Source: Salpingoeca rosetta (lineage: Eukaryota; Protista; Choanoflagellata). Taken from it: DNA of 64,000 bases. Location of the stretch: contig JAWQFM010000028.1 in NCBI GenBank assembly GCA_033442325.1, positions 898,333-962,332 of the forward strand, given 5' to 3'. The notes under the pieces were generated by a model that was not told the origin of the DNA, did not search any database, and saw only the letters and a program-made list of their open reading frames with translations. The translations under genes and the position numbers were made by a program. Of the stretch, positions 47,255 through 64,000 are shown piece by piece (positions within the stretch are counted from its first letter, which is position 1; each line of letters begins with the position of its first letter).

Positions 47255-50090
47255 CGTTGGCCAATCTGAACATTGCTGAAGAGGAAGAGGTTGAGGTAAG
47301 TGCATGAAAGTTGTTATGGCCCAGCACGTGTCGGTGTGCATTATTGCGTTCGTGTGTGGTAAAACGTAGGTCTCGTGTCGCTTTCAAGGGACTGACATGC
47401 ACGTCCGTCTCGCCTGTAGGACACAACGGAGGCGGTGGTGAAGGAGCCCAAGCCCTTTGGGTTTGGGGACGAGCCCCCGCCCATGTCGGTGCAAACCCTC
47501 GACATGCTCAAGCTCACGGCCCTCTACGTCGCAAAGAACGGCAACCAGTTCCTCCAGGAGCTCATGCAGGTGCGTGGTTATGCGTGCGTGTGTGTGTGTG
47601 TGTGTGTGCAGATGCATATGCGTGTGCGGGTGTGTGCGTGTGTTTGTGTGCGTGTGTGCGTGTGTGTTTGTGTGTTTGTGTGTTTGTGTTTGTGTTTGTG
47701 TGCGTGTTTGTCCATGCCACGATGGCACACGAATGCCACAATGGCATGCACGCATGCCCACAGCCGTCATATTCCTCATCTGTCAAACACTCATCTCTGT
47801 TCCACCACGTGCACGCAATGCAATACACAACACCAGCGGGAGGCACGCAACTACCAGTTTGACTTTTTGCGGCCAAACCACTCCCTCTACAACTACTTCA
47901 CCAAGCTCACCGACCAGTACAGACAGGTGCGTGCGCGTGTGCTTGCATGTGTTGTGTGTTTGATGTATACGACGCAGTGGGGGTGATTGTGTGTGTGTGT
48001 GTGTATGTGTGTTGTGTGTGTATCCAAGCAATGTGTGAGCCATCTCTTCCATTTGCCTTTTCGCTTGTTGCAATGCGTTACCCGTTGTCCGTCTCCCCTG
48101 TCCTCCACCCACCACCTTCATTGCAACCGCACAATTCACGCGCAACACGCACACAATGTCGCGCCTGCTGCTGTCGACAGGTGCTGATGCCGAAACGTGA
48201 GATGCTGTCGTCGCTCGCGGACTATGCCAACGGGTTCAGCGCGCCCCTCAAGCGCATGCAGCACGTGGCCGCCTGGGGCAAGAAGCTTGCACAGGAGCAA
48301 CAGCAGCGCGCAGACGAGGAGGAGGCAGAGCGAAGTGCGTCATGCTGTTGCTGATGGTGGACGGTGGTGGTGGACGTGATGGGCGTCTAGCGTGGTTGCA
48401 GCGTTGTTTGTGTTGGCATTCCACCTGATGTGCTCCCGGCTTGTTTCACAGCACTCACGTTGTATTTTGCACATGGGTTTGCACATGTGTGTGTGTGTGT
48501 GCAGTTGCGCGGGCGCAGATTGACTGGCATGACTTTGTCGTTGTTGCCACCATTGAGTTTGGGCCTCAAGACTCTGGTATGCACGAACATGCACTCGTTC
48601 ATCTGTCGACTTGGGTTGTGTACTGTCCATCGTCCGTCTACATTGACCACGGACTGCCACAACCACATCATCATCATGGCCTCATGTTGCCTGATCGTGC
48701 CTCTCACCCTCCCCCCCCCCTCTGCGCGCCCTTCAGACCTCCCGCCGCCCGTGGATCCCGAGGAGCTTGGCGTGCGGGTGATTGAGATGGAGCAGGCCGA
48801 GCAGCAGCTGAAGGAGAAGTTGGAGCAGCAGCCGCGCGCACGCACCGCCCCGCAGCAGGAGGACGCGAAGGAGCACAAGGAGGAGAAGGTACGGGGTATT
48901 GGTGATGGACACGCTGGCGGTGCTGGGGTCGCGTGTAGGTGTGTAGATGTGTGTGGATGTGCGTGTGTGTGTGGATGTGTGGATGTGTGGATTTGTGGAT
49001 GTATGGATTTGTGGATGTGTGTGTGTGTGTGGGCGTGTGGATGTGTGTGTGTGTGTAGTTGTGTGCTCTTAACCGGCCAAGCGTTCTTCCTTTCCCATCT
49101 CCGTGTTTCACCAATGCACCCTCCTTCTGCCCCCCCCCTTCAGGCGATGGATGTTGGTGGTGAGGGTGGCGAGGAAGTTGCCATGGAGGTTGAGGAGGAG
49201 ACAGCGGCGGCAGAGGAGCCAGCAGCACCTCCGCCAACCACGACAACCGCCGCCGCCGCCGCGGCTGGCGGTGGTGACGAGATCAAGATCAGGTTTGTGC
49301 GTACGTGCGTGTGCATGCGTGTGTGCGTGTGTGTGTGCGTGCGTGTTTGCATGCATGCGTGCGTGCGTGCATGCGTGTGTGCGTGTATGTGTGTGTGTAC
49401 ATGCGTGTGTGCGGGCGTGCGTGTTTGTGTATGTGTGTGCGCGTGTTTCTGTATGTGTGTGTATCTTATTGTGCCACGACGTTTGTTTCCTGCGTCTCGT
49501 TCTCCTCCTCACCACAACCACCACCATCACGACCACTCGTGCTGCCATTGCATGCATCAGGGAGTATGATCCAAAGAGCAAGACGCGGCCCGCGGCAGCA
49601 GCGGCCGCCGGCAAGGAGGAGATGCTTGTCTCTCCGCTCACCGGTCAGTTCCATACAAATCAACATCACCTCTTTGTTTGGTGGTCATCGTGTGTGTGTG
49701 TGTGTGTGTGTGCGTGTGTGTGTGTGTGCGTGCAGAGCCACGCCGCAAAAAGCTTGACCCTTCGTTGCAAGCGTTAATCATCGCCGTCTCGGATATGTCT
49801 TTACGTCGGGGGACTCTGGGTCATAATTTAGGTGTCGCTATCGTGCACATTTATTAAGTTGCGCACGGGCGGGCCCGGGGCGGCCCCCTCCCGTGGAAAT
49901 CTCTAGAGATCCCTGGAAATCCATAGGAGGTTCAGCTTATGCCTATCATCTAGTAGCGTTAGGGTATGTTCCAGAAGGACTTGGGGATATGAGAGCCGTA
50001 CAGGTGGCATGAGAGCGGAGGTTATCCATACCATTTCCAGATGTTAAGGAAATTATCCTACACGTACATGTGCATGTGTGTGTGTGTGTG

Positions 50091-50153
<63 letters not shown>

Positions 50154-52580
50154 TCTTGTGTGAATTAGAGTGACCCCCCTCCTTCTTTTCCCCCGACATG
50201 CACGGGTTGCTTTCCATTCGGCAGCCAGTTTGCTGCTGCTAACACGTTACGATGATCATGACCACCACCGCCATCGCGACTGTAGGCGAGCTCATTCCCG
50301 CGTCGAAGATGCAGGAGCACATGCGCATCAGTCTCCTCGATCCAAAGTGGCGCGAGGAGAAGGAGAGGTACGACGCTCGCATTCGTCCTCGTGATTGTAC
50401 ACGTTTCAAAGATGGTTCGCAGTACACCACTGCGCCACTGCACCACACAGCCTTCCTGTTGGCACAGATCACCGCTCCTCGTTGACCTGTGTGACGCGTG
50501 CTTGCCAACACACTCCCTCACACTCCAACACACTCCCTCGCATTCACTCACACTCCCCACGTGTGTGCTGTGCGCCCCTTGCAGGCAGGAGCGTGAGGCT
50601 GCGAAGCGGAAGGAGGATTGGATCCGCAGCGGGCAGCAGACGATGGACCATCTAAAGGACATTGCTGCCCGCCGTACAGATATCTTCGGCTCTGGTGACA
50701 TCGAAACAGAGATTGGCGAGAAGGTACACATGCTACACGCGCGCAACACATTCGCATCCAGCGTGTTGTTGTTGGTTTCTGGCAGACCTGTGGATGCCGT
50801 AATGGGTGTGTGTCCTTTGCTTGTGCCTGTGTCTTTCCACTCTCTGTTTTGGCCTTCTTAGTCCCCCCTTGTGTGTGCTGGTGGTTGCATTTCCGGCCCT
50901 TGTGCACCCACCGTCTTCTTCGTTTGTTCGCTGACCCCACTTGTGTGGCGTACAGATTGGCGCGGAGGGAGCAGCAGAGACAGGCCCGCAGCAGAAGCCA
51001 GCGACCACCACAACCACCACCACCACAACCACCACGACCAAAGCAACAACGTACCGTACACCGTTTGCACACGTTGATGGCACATTATTGCATGTTGCAG
51101 CTGCTCATGTGCGCGCTTTGGCTGTCGCTCACAGACTCACTGCATGTGCCACTCCTGTCATTGCACACATCATTGTACAACCGTCTGTCTGTTGTGTCTG
51201 TTGTGTGTGTTGTGTGGTGGTGTGTTGTGTGATGGTGTGTGTGTGTGTGTGCGTGTGCGTGCGTGTGTTGTGCTGCTGTCTGTGCTGCCTTGCAGCAACA
51301 CCAGGCCTGCGCCTCCGCCCATCTCAAAGCCGCCAGCATCCACTGCCCCGCCCGCAGCCAAGTGAGCCCGAGTAGTCGTCGTCGTTGGTTGCTTGAGTCG
51401 TTGTGGTTGTAGTTGTTGTGGTTGTCGGTGTTGTTGCTGGTGTTGTTGTGGTTGTGGTTGTGGTTGTAGTTGTAGTTGTCGTTTGCGGCATGTCATGTCG
51501 CGTGCTAGCAACGAAACGTTCCATGATCACTCTGACATGCCCAACCACCACCACCACCACCAGGCCTGCTGTCCCCGCCACGTCCGCTCCCTCGACCAGC
51601 ACCGCTGCTGCGCCCCCGGCATCGCGGCGGCCACCGCCTCCGTCCACCACCGCTGCACCGCCGCCGCCGCGACCAGGGATGCCGCCAATGGGGGGTATGC
51701 CCCCTCGGCCGCGCATGCCCTTCCCCATGGGCCCGCCGCGTACCCGGCCCATGTACCCGCACCACCCGATGGGTCGCCCCGGGTTCCGCCCGCCCCCGCC
51801 GTTTGGGTTCCGCCCGCCCCCGCCAATGGGGCCAGGCATGCACAGGCCTCCCATGCAGCAGCAGCCGCAGCACCAGCTCGTGCAGCAGGCACAGCAGCTG
51901 GCAGCAGCCCAGGTGTGGCCAATGACCTTTCTGTGTGTATGTGTATGTGTGTGTATGTGTATGCGTGTGTGTGTGTGCGCGCGTGTGTGTGTTTTGCCCG
52001 TTTGGGTGATTCATTGAGCTCTTTCCATATCCTTGCACGCGCCTGCATATTGCTTCCGCGTACCTCATGCCTCGTGTGCTGTGCCTCATGTGTGGTGTGC
52101 AGGGTGGGCCGCCCACGAAGCGCAGCAAGACTGACGAGATGGTCAGCGCCCTCAAGCCCGAAGACCAGTTCCTCAAGGACCACTCGGTACACTTTCCTGT
52201 CATCCATACAATATGTTTTGAGTGTGTCGTGTGCGTGTGTTGTGTGTTGTGTGTGTGTTGTGTGTGTTGTGTGTGTGTTGTGTGTTGTGTGTTGTGTGTG
52301 TTGTGTGTGTTGTGTGTTGTGTGTGTCGTGCATGCGCTCTTGCAACTTCTGTGTTTGTTGTGCAAATGGTGCATGCCGAACACCTGGTCTCAGCCGCATG
52401 TCAGCTTGCGTTTCAGTTGCTGCTCACACACCATGTACTCCATGCCCACGTTGTGTTTTCATCCCCACCTGTGTGCGCAGGGCGATGTGACGGTGAATGC
52501 GACGGTTGGTGTGGATGACGAGGCCTTCAGCCTCACCTCCGGCACCCAAGTCCACGTCACCCTCCCTTACACCGCCAAGG

Positions 52581-52666
<86 letters not shown>

Positions 52667-53123
52667 CTGATTGGCGTGGAGCCATGGCATTGCTCTGCGC
52701 TGTTTTTGTCTGCTTTAATTCTTTGCTTTCATCCAACATCACCATCTCACGTCCCACTGTTGCTGTCTGTTTTCTTGTTCTCTGGTTATGGTGCGTGTCT
52801 GCCAGGTGTCTGAGCTCAAAGCCAAGCTGCAAGGTTCGCTGAACCTTCCCGCCAACAAGCAGAAGCTGCTGCTGAATGGCGTTGCCCTGGCCAACTCCAA
52901 GACCCTCGCCTTTTACAACATCACCGCCGAGTCGAACGTGCGTGCGTGCGTGCGTGTGTTTGTGTGTGCGCGTGCGTGCGTGTGTGCGTGTGTGCGTATG
53001 CTTCCGCATGTTTGTTATTTTTGTGCGTTTGCATCACTTTGATCTTCCACCCTCACCCCCTCCCCACCCTACACATTCACACAGGTTGAGGTTGGGCTCA
53101 AGACGCGTGGTGGCAAGCGGTAA
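47252..53123 (+). CDS. SF3A1: Splicing factor 3A subunit 1 (Prp21/SAP114); 5' end (SURP1) not visible
   Basis: SURP2 ([48 protein letters not shown]), [57 protein letters not shown], Pro-rich region, LKPEDQFL, C-terminal UBL ([22 protein letters not shown]). Confidence 0.96.
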
Positions 53124-53155
53124 AGGCACAATTCTCAAGGGCTAGGCAACTCCCG

Positions 53156-53273
<118 letters not shown>

Positions 53274-53764
53274 GCACACACACACATCAAGCACACATCA
53301 AGCAAGCACACCAAGCACCAAGCACCAAGCACCACAAACGACCCTCCTGGCAACGCGTGGTGTTGCTGATTGCGTCTGTTGTGTGTCGCAACGCGACCCC
53401 GCCAGCTGTCATGTTTGACAGGGCCAGTTGGACCTTGAACAATTTTGTTGGAGTTTGGCCACCCTAAATTTTCGGGATCTCGACGATTTGTTTAAATCTC
53501 CCGCAAGCTTTCGTCTTGCCGCGTTGGCGCTTGGTTGGACCGACTCAAAGTTAACGCCCCTTCCCTTCCTGCCTTCAGGCGAAAAAACAAACACGCACGC
53601 TCAGCAAGCCAGTGGAGTGCACGCACAACAAGCAAGCAAGTCAGCATCACGCCACGCTCCCTCTGCTTTTCATTTTCCCCTTGCTGTTTCCTTCCCTCTC
53701 GTGCACGCACCTCTCCTTTGTTGTCTCCCTCTCTTCCCCAAACAACAACAACCCACCTTCCAAG

Positions 53765-54043
53765 ATGAACGCCCTTGACTTCCTCTCCCCTGGCTTCCAG
53801 CAGCCCCTCCTCGGTTGCTTCGGTAACCCCATGGAGTGCCTCTTCACCTGGTGCTGCGCCGGTGCCGTGCTTGCCAGCTCCCGCACACACGTCGATGGCC
53901 GCGAGTGCGGTATCCTCGACTGCTGCTGCACCGCATCCCCCTTCCACGTCCGCGCGGTACGTGCGTGCAATCCACACAAGCAAGCACAGCAGCCACAGCA
54001 CAAACGGCTGCAGCTGGCTGGTGTGTGTGTGAGAGAGAGAGAG

Positions 54044-54116
<73 letters not shown>

Positions 54117-54753
54117 GCGGCAACGGGTGTGCTGATCCTGAATGCGCGTGCATGTGTGGATGCGTGGATGTGTGGATGCGTGGATGTGTGGATGCATGAT
54201 CAGCAACACGCATCAGCGAGAAAGCACGCCACCACAAGCAATCTCGTAGCGACGGAACACAAAGCCAACTCATGCTCGCTCACGCTGAGTTGTCATTGAC
54301 GATTGTTCTCACCTCGCCTGCCCTTGTTTGCCCCACCACCATGCTGCTGCCACAACCCTTTTGTAGGCTGTGCGTGCCAAGAACGGCGTCGAGCCCAACA
54401 AGGTCATGGACTGCCTGGCCATCTGCCTGTGCCCTGCCTGCTCCATCTGGCAGGCCGCCAAGGAGGGTGGTGCCCCCATCATCCCCGAGAGTGAGTCTCC
54501 CGTGCCCTTCTTGCCTCGTTCTAGCTTGCCCTTGTTTCACCAGCGTGTGCATGCACTCTTTGTTGCTGCATTGCCGAGGATTTGTGTTGCGTTTTCCCTC
54601 GGATCACCGCAATGTCTCTCTCTCTCTCTCATTTGTCGTCGCATCACCACCACCACCAATCAACTGGCCGCTCACGTTGTTGTGCTTCCCTTGTCTCTAC
54701 CACCGACTTGTTACCGTGCACACTTTACAGAGGCTGCCTTCACCCGCCTGTAA
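53765..54753 (+). CDS. PLAC8/cornifelin/PCR-family Cys-rich small protein
   Basis: Exons 53765-53956, 54367-54490, 54731-54753 join in frame: FQQPLLGCFGNPMECLFTWCC..RAAVRAKNGVE..DCLAICLCPACSIWQAAKE..KAAFTRL*. Confidence 0.88.
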
Positions 54754-55704
54754 GCGGAAACACCAACCATCAACAACACCATCAACGACACCAACATCCT
54801 TTTTGTTTGCTGGTGATTCAGTGCGATGGAGGAGAGCTTAGTCGCCTCTCCCATCCCCTGTTTTGCCTCACCTCTTCCCTCTCTCCCCAACAATCAAGCA
54901 ACAATACTTGTTCATGTCGTCCTTCTTGCGGGCAAGTGCTTTGGTTTCCTATCCCACACACCAACAACAATTCTTTGTCAATTCCTTTCTTGTCTCTTCA
55001 TCATCTTGTTTTGCCTTCCCTGACTGCGTGTGCTGTTCATCCACGGGGAAGAGCTTTCTGGTGTTTACAGCAGAGAGTAAAAAAACGCCTTACAAGACCT
55101 CATCTTTGTTGCAAGGAAGAAGGAGTCGTTGTGGAAGACAACTTGGTGTGTGTGTGTTGTAGGTGAGGTGTGTTGTGTGTGTTGTGTTTGCACGCTTCGC
55201 AACGGGTGTGATGTGTGACATCATCTCGACCCAATGGTGTGTCAGAAGGAGGAGTGTAATGCGAATAGACCAAACACAGTTCGCAAGTCGCAAAGAAAAC
55301 AAAAGATCAATCAACATGGGGAGGCGAAGGAAGCCAGGAACAGTGTGTGTGCGTGCGTGTGCGTGGCCCAGCCACAGCATGTACGCGAGCTTGCAGGGTA
55401 ACAACATGTCATCACAACCCGACAGCCATAACAGAGCGTGATCTGCGAACAGGCAAGGCAGTGTTTCCAGGCCAGGGGCGATGAAGGAGAAGAGGACATC
55501 AAGTAGAAACAACACAGCACAGACGAGGCAGACAACATGGCACAAGACAAAACAGAACACGTGACGTGACATGACAAAGCGCAATGCTTCACAACACAAC
55601 ACAACACAGCACAACACAACACAACACAACACAACACAACACAACACAACACAATACAACACAACACAACGACACCACAACACTACACAACACAGGAAAG
55701 CACG

Positions 55705-57421
55705 TCACGATGGGTTGATGCGGGCCTGGCAGCGCTTGATGGCGGAGACGATGCTGGGGCTTGGCCGACCGCTGAGTGCCAGGAATCCGTCTGCCGCCTC
55801 CCTGTACAGCTCCAACGCCTCCTGGTGTCGGCCCATCACCTCCATTGTCACTGCGCGCGAGTGCACGGCCTCCAGGGTGATCTTGTCGTGTGCGCCCCAC
55901 GCCGCATCGGCAATGTCCTGCGCCTCCTGCGCCGCCTTGAGCGCATCGTCAAACTTGCTCAGGTACCGCTGCGAGAGCGAGATGTTGAGCAGCGTCGTGC
56001 AGACCTTCTTCGGGTCCCGCTTCCCCGTCGTGCGGAACACGCCCAGCGCGCGCGTGTAGTAGTCCAGCGCCTCTGCATGCTTGTCCATGGCCGCGCACGT
56101 GTTGGCGAGGTTGCCCCACACCGCAGCCAGTCGCACGTCCTCAGAGTCCTCCGTCAGGTTGTGCATGTTGTAGACGACGAGCACACGCTCCAGGTCCTGC
56201 TTCGCCTCTGAGAACTCGTTCCTGTCGAGGTGAATGTTGCTGCGGAGGAGGAAGAGTGCGCTCACTTCCATGCGACACGGCTCAAAGGACGCATCGTGGC
56301 GCACGCTCGCCGGGTCCACGTAGCTGCGGGTGTACGCCTTGCACACGTCAAGCGCTTTCTTCGTCTGCTTGTTCTTGTACAGCACGCCAGCCACCTTCGC
56401 AGCCATGCTCAGCGTGTACGGGTGCGTCGCACCAAGCACGCGCTCCTGGTGTATGTGGCGTGGGGGGGGGGAGGGGTTGTTGTTGTTGGTGGTGGTGGTG
56501 GTGGAAGAGGCGACAGAAGAAGTAGCACATGTCTTAGCGAGTCAAAAGAACGGAAAGCATACACTAGCACACACATACACACTAGCACACACATACTAAC
56601 ACACACATACACACACTAGCACAGACAACACACACACACACACACACCTGGACTTTGAGGCTCTGGTTGAAGAGGTCGAGGGCGAGCTCCTTGTCGTCCA
56701 TGCGATCAACAAATGAGGCGATGGCGGCCGACTGGTCCAGCACGCGCTTGAGCTTCTTCCCCTTGAGCTGTGGAATCGTCGCCATCAGCACCCGATATGC
56801 AGCCGTGCACGCGTCCTTCTTCTGCCGATCGCTGAGCGCGCCCCACATGCGCTTGATGTACGCCGACCCCGCCGTCTCCGACGACGCCACCAGGTGCAGC
56901 AGGAAGCGCGGCTCTCCCAGCGCCGCCGCCACTTGCTCTCGTGACGCGTGCTCCTGCAGCAGATGCGACAGCTCCAGCGACAGGTGTGTGGTCGTGCCAC
57001 CCTCGCCGACGAGCTTGCCAAACGTGGCAATGAGCGTGTCCACGACCGTGCGCACGTGCGCGGCGCTGTAGCGAGCGCGGACAAGGGCGGCAAAGTGGGG
57101 ACTGGTGAAGGCGTTGAAGTGGTGGATGGAGTGATACTGCACGAGTGGACTCAGGGCCTCACGCAGCAGCAGCCACTCGCGCATCGCAGAGGCGACTGGT
57201 TTTGGAAAAGGTGTGGAGGGAGGAACGGGGTGTAGATAGATAGAGGATGGGGGATGGGTGAGTTCATGGGTGAGTGCATGGGGTGACATGGAACTGCAAG
57301 GAGTTGAATGGCGTGCGTGCAGCAATGCGGCAAACGCAACCGAATTACGCTGCCGCAAACACACGAAACAGGTTGCAACACACACACACACACATACACA
57401 CACACACACGCACACACACAC

Positions 57422-57479
<58 letters not shown>

Positions 57480-59052
57480 GTGCATCACATTCCAAACAAG
57501 CACAAGCCCGACCACCGCGCAATGGTGCGGACTGACCGCCGATGGAGCGGAGCATGGTGGCGAGTTCGACGTCGGTGCAGCCCTCCTGGCAGATGCACAG
57601 CGCAAGGACACACATGCGCACAACCTCGACAGAATGTCGCTTCTCCAGCACGTCGATAAACGCGCTCACAGCCAGCTCTGCACCGGGCACGGAGACGGGC
57701 GGGTCGTGCTCGTGTGTCCACGTGCACGCAATCATCCCCAGCATGGCCAGCAGCAGCGGGGTGACGTGTGACGCGGGCAGACAGCTCAGCAGGCCGGCCA
57801 GCTGCTGCTTGGAGACAGTGCGGCGACGGAGGCTGAGGTGGCTCTGCAGTGCGCTCTTGAACGCGTCCTTGGTTGGGAGGGCGAGCGGCCGGAACATGGC
57901 TTCGGGTATCTTCGTTCGCAGGGGCTTCACCTCCGCGTCGTTTGTGAGGACGATCATGCGAACGGACCCGGGCAGCACCGGGGGCAGCCACTGCAGCAGG
58001 GAGAGCGGGCGCCCTGCCGTTGTCTCCAGCGACGCCGGGTCAGCGTCCATGATGATGACGACGGGCAAGTATGGCGACGCAAGCCGCATGACACTCGACC
58101 ACCGCCGCACGAGGTCGGCCTCCTCGGACGGCTGCTGCTTCATGTCGCCGTCATACACCATGCACAGGTGCCGGTTCAGGTCGTGCAGGAACGACTGCAG
58201 GTTGCTCGCCCGCGGGGTGAGACCTGCGAACCGCGGCATGATGACGCGCTCCGTGTGGCTCTTGGTCGGCAGGTCCGCAGCCAGCGCCGCCATCTGCACC
58301 GCTGCTGTTGTCCGGCCGCCGCCCAGTGGCGCGTGGATCACCAGCGGTGGTGCCGGCTTTTCCAGCAAGATGTACTGCTTGACGACGGGCTCTGGGTACA
58401 GCCGCGGCAGCTGCTGCGCTGACGGCGCCATGCTGGTGCTGAAGGCGAGGTGGTCCTGCATCTCCAGCACCAGCGCCGAGTCTGGCTCAGCGAGCGTGCC
58501 GAGCCGCCCGACAATTGCCTGCGCAAGGCACGCCACGTAGCTCTTGCACACGGCCAGGCAGTACTGTTCCGAGTCGTAGGTGGTGGCCTCCAGCCCAAAC
58601 GGCATGTCGACAGGGCGCTCCCATGTCGCGGTCTGCAGCACGGGGGCAGCGGCGTGCATGGCGGTGTCGCTGTCGGCGAGGGCGGGGAAGGAGGACTGCT
58701 CCATGGTTGCGCGCACGTTGGTCATCTGCAGGTGCACGATGCACTCTGGCTTGAGCAGGCTGTTGGCCAGCGACACTTCCTGCTCCTCCAAGCACTTGAG
58801 TTGCGACGATATCAGTGATGCCTGCAGGCACTCCAGCACTTCCTGGCGCTCCTCTGTTTTGTGTTGGAGGAGGAGGGGGATGTATGAGAGGGTGTGTGAG
58901 TGAGAGTGAGTGAGTGAGTGAGTGAGTGAGTGAGTGTGTGTGTGTGGGGAGGGGGATGAGTGTAAATGAGAGAGTGAGTTGGGGGGAGGGGGATGAGTGT
59001 AAATGAGAGAGTGAGTGTGTGTGTGAGTGTGTGTGTGAGTGTGAGTGAGTGA

Positions 59053-59093
<41 letters not shown>

Positions 59094-60439
59094 TGAGTGT
59101 GTGAGTGTGTGAGTGAGTGAGTGAGTGAGTGAGTGAGTGGGTGAGTGAGTGAGTGTGTGTGTGCGAGCAGCAGGTGATGTACCGTTGCTGAGAGGTGACG
59201 TGAGCCAGAGGGTGTGCGGTTCGCTGGAGGGGCAGTTGTTGTTTCGCTTGTAATACTTGTTCATCAGCTCTGGTGACGTAGGGGACGGCGAAGGTGGAAG
59301 GTGGTGAGTGATGAAGACCGCAAAGACAGACAGACAGACAGACAGACAGACACACGTGCGCACGCATTTACCTGTGTCGTCGATGCGGGACTGGTCCTTC
59401 TTGGTGAGGGAGGACGGGATCACGACGCTGCCCATTGCATCAGGGGCTGAGCTGAGCCGCACGAAGATCGGCAGGATCTCATCCGACGCCATTGACCGGA
59501 TAAACTTGAGGTGCAGCGCCTCCATCTCCTCCGTCGTGATTGGCTGTTGGCCCAGACCCTCGTGCCTGTGCATGCGTGTGCGTGTGTATGTGTGTGGATG
59601 TGAGCGAGTGAGTGAGTGTGCGCGCGATGTGTTTGAGAGAGTGTGCGTGAGTGAGTGAGTGAGTGTACGCGCGATTTGTTTGAGAGAGAATGTGTGCGTG
59701 CGCGCGATTTGTTTGTGTGTTGATGTGAGTGAGTACAAGCAAAGATAACAAAGCGCGAGCGAGCGTTTGGCGTGGAAAGTCATGTGGGTAAACAGGGCAC
59801 GGCACGGAGGCCCAACACAACATGCACTCACAGGTCGATGAGGTCGGCGGGCAGGTCAAACTGATTGAGAGACCATTCCCGAAGGAAGACGTGAGCATGC
59901 TCGCGGATCGTCTTCACTTCCAGCGCAGCACACTCCTCGGAGTAGCACAGGTACACGCACACGCGACGTGGCTGGTGGATATCCTCGGGGAGGGCGCGGC
60001 CGCGGATGACGCGACTCCTGCGCAGCGCGGCCTTTTGTGGATTCACCTCGGGCGAGGCCGGCGCATTCGGCAGCTTCATGGTCCGCAATGCCTTGATCAG
60101 GGAGCTCTCATCGTGCTCCTCCACTGCCATCATGAGCATTGTGACAGGCGATTTTTGAGGTCGGGAAGGGAAGGAGGGGGGGGGGGGGGTTGCGAGCAGT
60201 GTGCGATAGTACGTGTGTGTATATGTGTATGTGTGTATGCGTGTATGTGTGTGTGTGTGTGTGTATCGGAAGAAGTGTGTCGAATGAATGCTTCAGGCAG
60301 ACACACACAAGGACACGCATAGGTTGTTGTGCTTACGTGCTGATGCGTGGTTTGCTGTGGCGCCGTTTGTGTCTTCATCGTCCTTCTTCGGAGCGCTGCT
60401 AGAAGGGGCCTTGGATGGCTTCGACGCAGCCTTTCCCAT
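55705..60439 (-). CDS. NPHP3/NWD/TTC41-like STAND (NACHT-like) NTPase with C-terminal TPRs and an N-myristoylation motif
   Basis: Start MGKAAS. DUF4062-like RRVCVYLCYS..EVKTIRE, PPLVIHAPLGGGRT (P-loop position), VIMPRFAGLTP, VVIIMDAD (Walker B), WLPPVLPGSVRMIVLT, TPLLL, LGATHPYT and further TPR helices (NLANTC..AEALDYYTRAL; EALELYREA). About 7 exons. Confidence 0.75.
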
Positions 60440-60644
60440 CCTCCTGATGAGCGAGCGAGCGAGTGTGAGCGAGCGCGTGTCCGTGCGTGCGTTGGTGGGT
60501 GGGTGTAAGGTTGTTGTGTTGTGCGCGTTGTTGTGTTTGTTTGTTTGGGTGTTGTTGTTGTTTCGTGTTTGCCTGTTTTGCACATCATCCAAGACGAAGA
60601 AGAAGAAGTGAGTGTGAGTGTGTGAGGAGCAGAGCAGAGACGTT

Positions 60645-60719
<75 letters not shown>

Positions 60720-60745
60720 CACCACAGACACGCATACCCACACAG

Positions 60746-64000
<3,255 letters not shown>

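Noticed and set aside
47252-47570. SF3A1 lacking SURP1 as a real domain loss
   Set aside because: The upstream assembly gap most simply explains the missing 5' exons.

Overview
Eukaryotic, GC-rich, very intron-dense DNA in which most introns carry (GT)n/(CA)n/(GTCT)n/(GAGT)n microsatellites. The style and gene content fit a choanoflagellate such as Salpingoeca rosetta (inference). Most of the ORF track (poly-HT/poly-CV frames) is microsatellite noise. By hand-splicing GT..AG introns and checking reading-frame phase I reconstruct 14 protein genes in this order: 3' part of a Pro-rich/coiled-coil protein (+); a ZIP7/13-like zinc transporter that appears to be only the C-terminal half (-); an SNX9/18/33 SH3-PX-BAR sorting nexin (+); an orphan type II Cys-rich membrane protein (+); an ATP7-like Cu P1B-ATPase (+); a signal-peptide-bearing 2OG-Fe(II) dioxygenase (-); CFAP65 (+); an LRR-like + CDV3-motif + RGG-repeat protein (-); an EF-hand-like coiled-coil protein (-); an LRR receptor TKL kinase (-); SF3A1 (+); a PLAC8 protein (+); a myristoylatable NPHP3/NWD-like STAND-TPR protein (-); and CCZ1 (+, truncated by the window edge). 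There are three assembly gaps. I saw no tRNA, rRNA, CRISPR array or transposase. The most interesting signals are the polarised GT-at-donor/CA-at-acceptor intron architecture, the LRR-TKL receptor, the half-ZIP, the secreted dioxygenase, the LRR/RGG protein and a candidate 14-aa micropeptide gene. All homology calls come from motif recall, not database searches.
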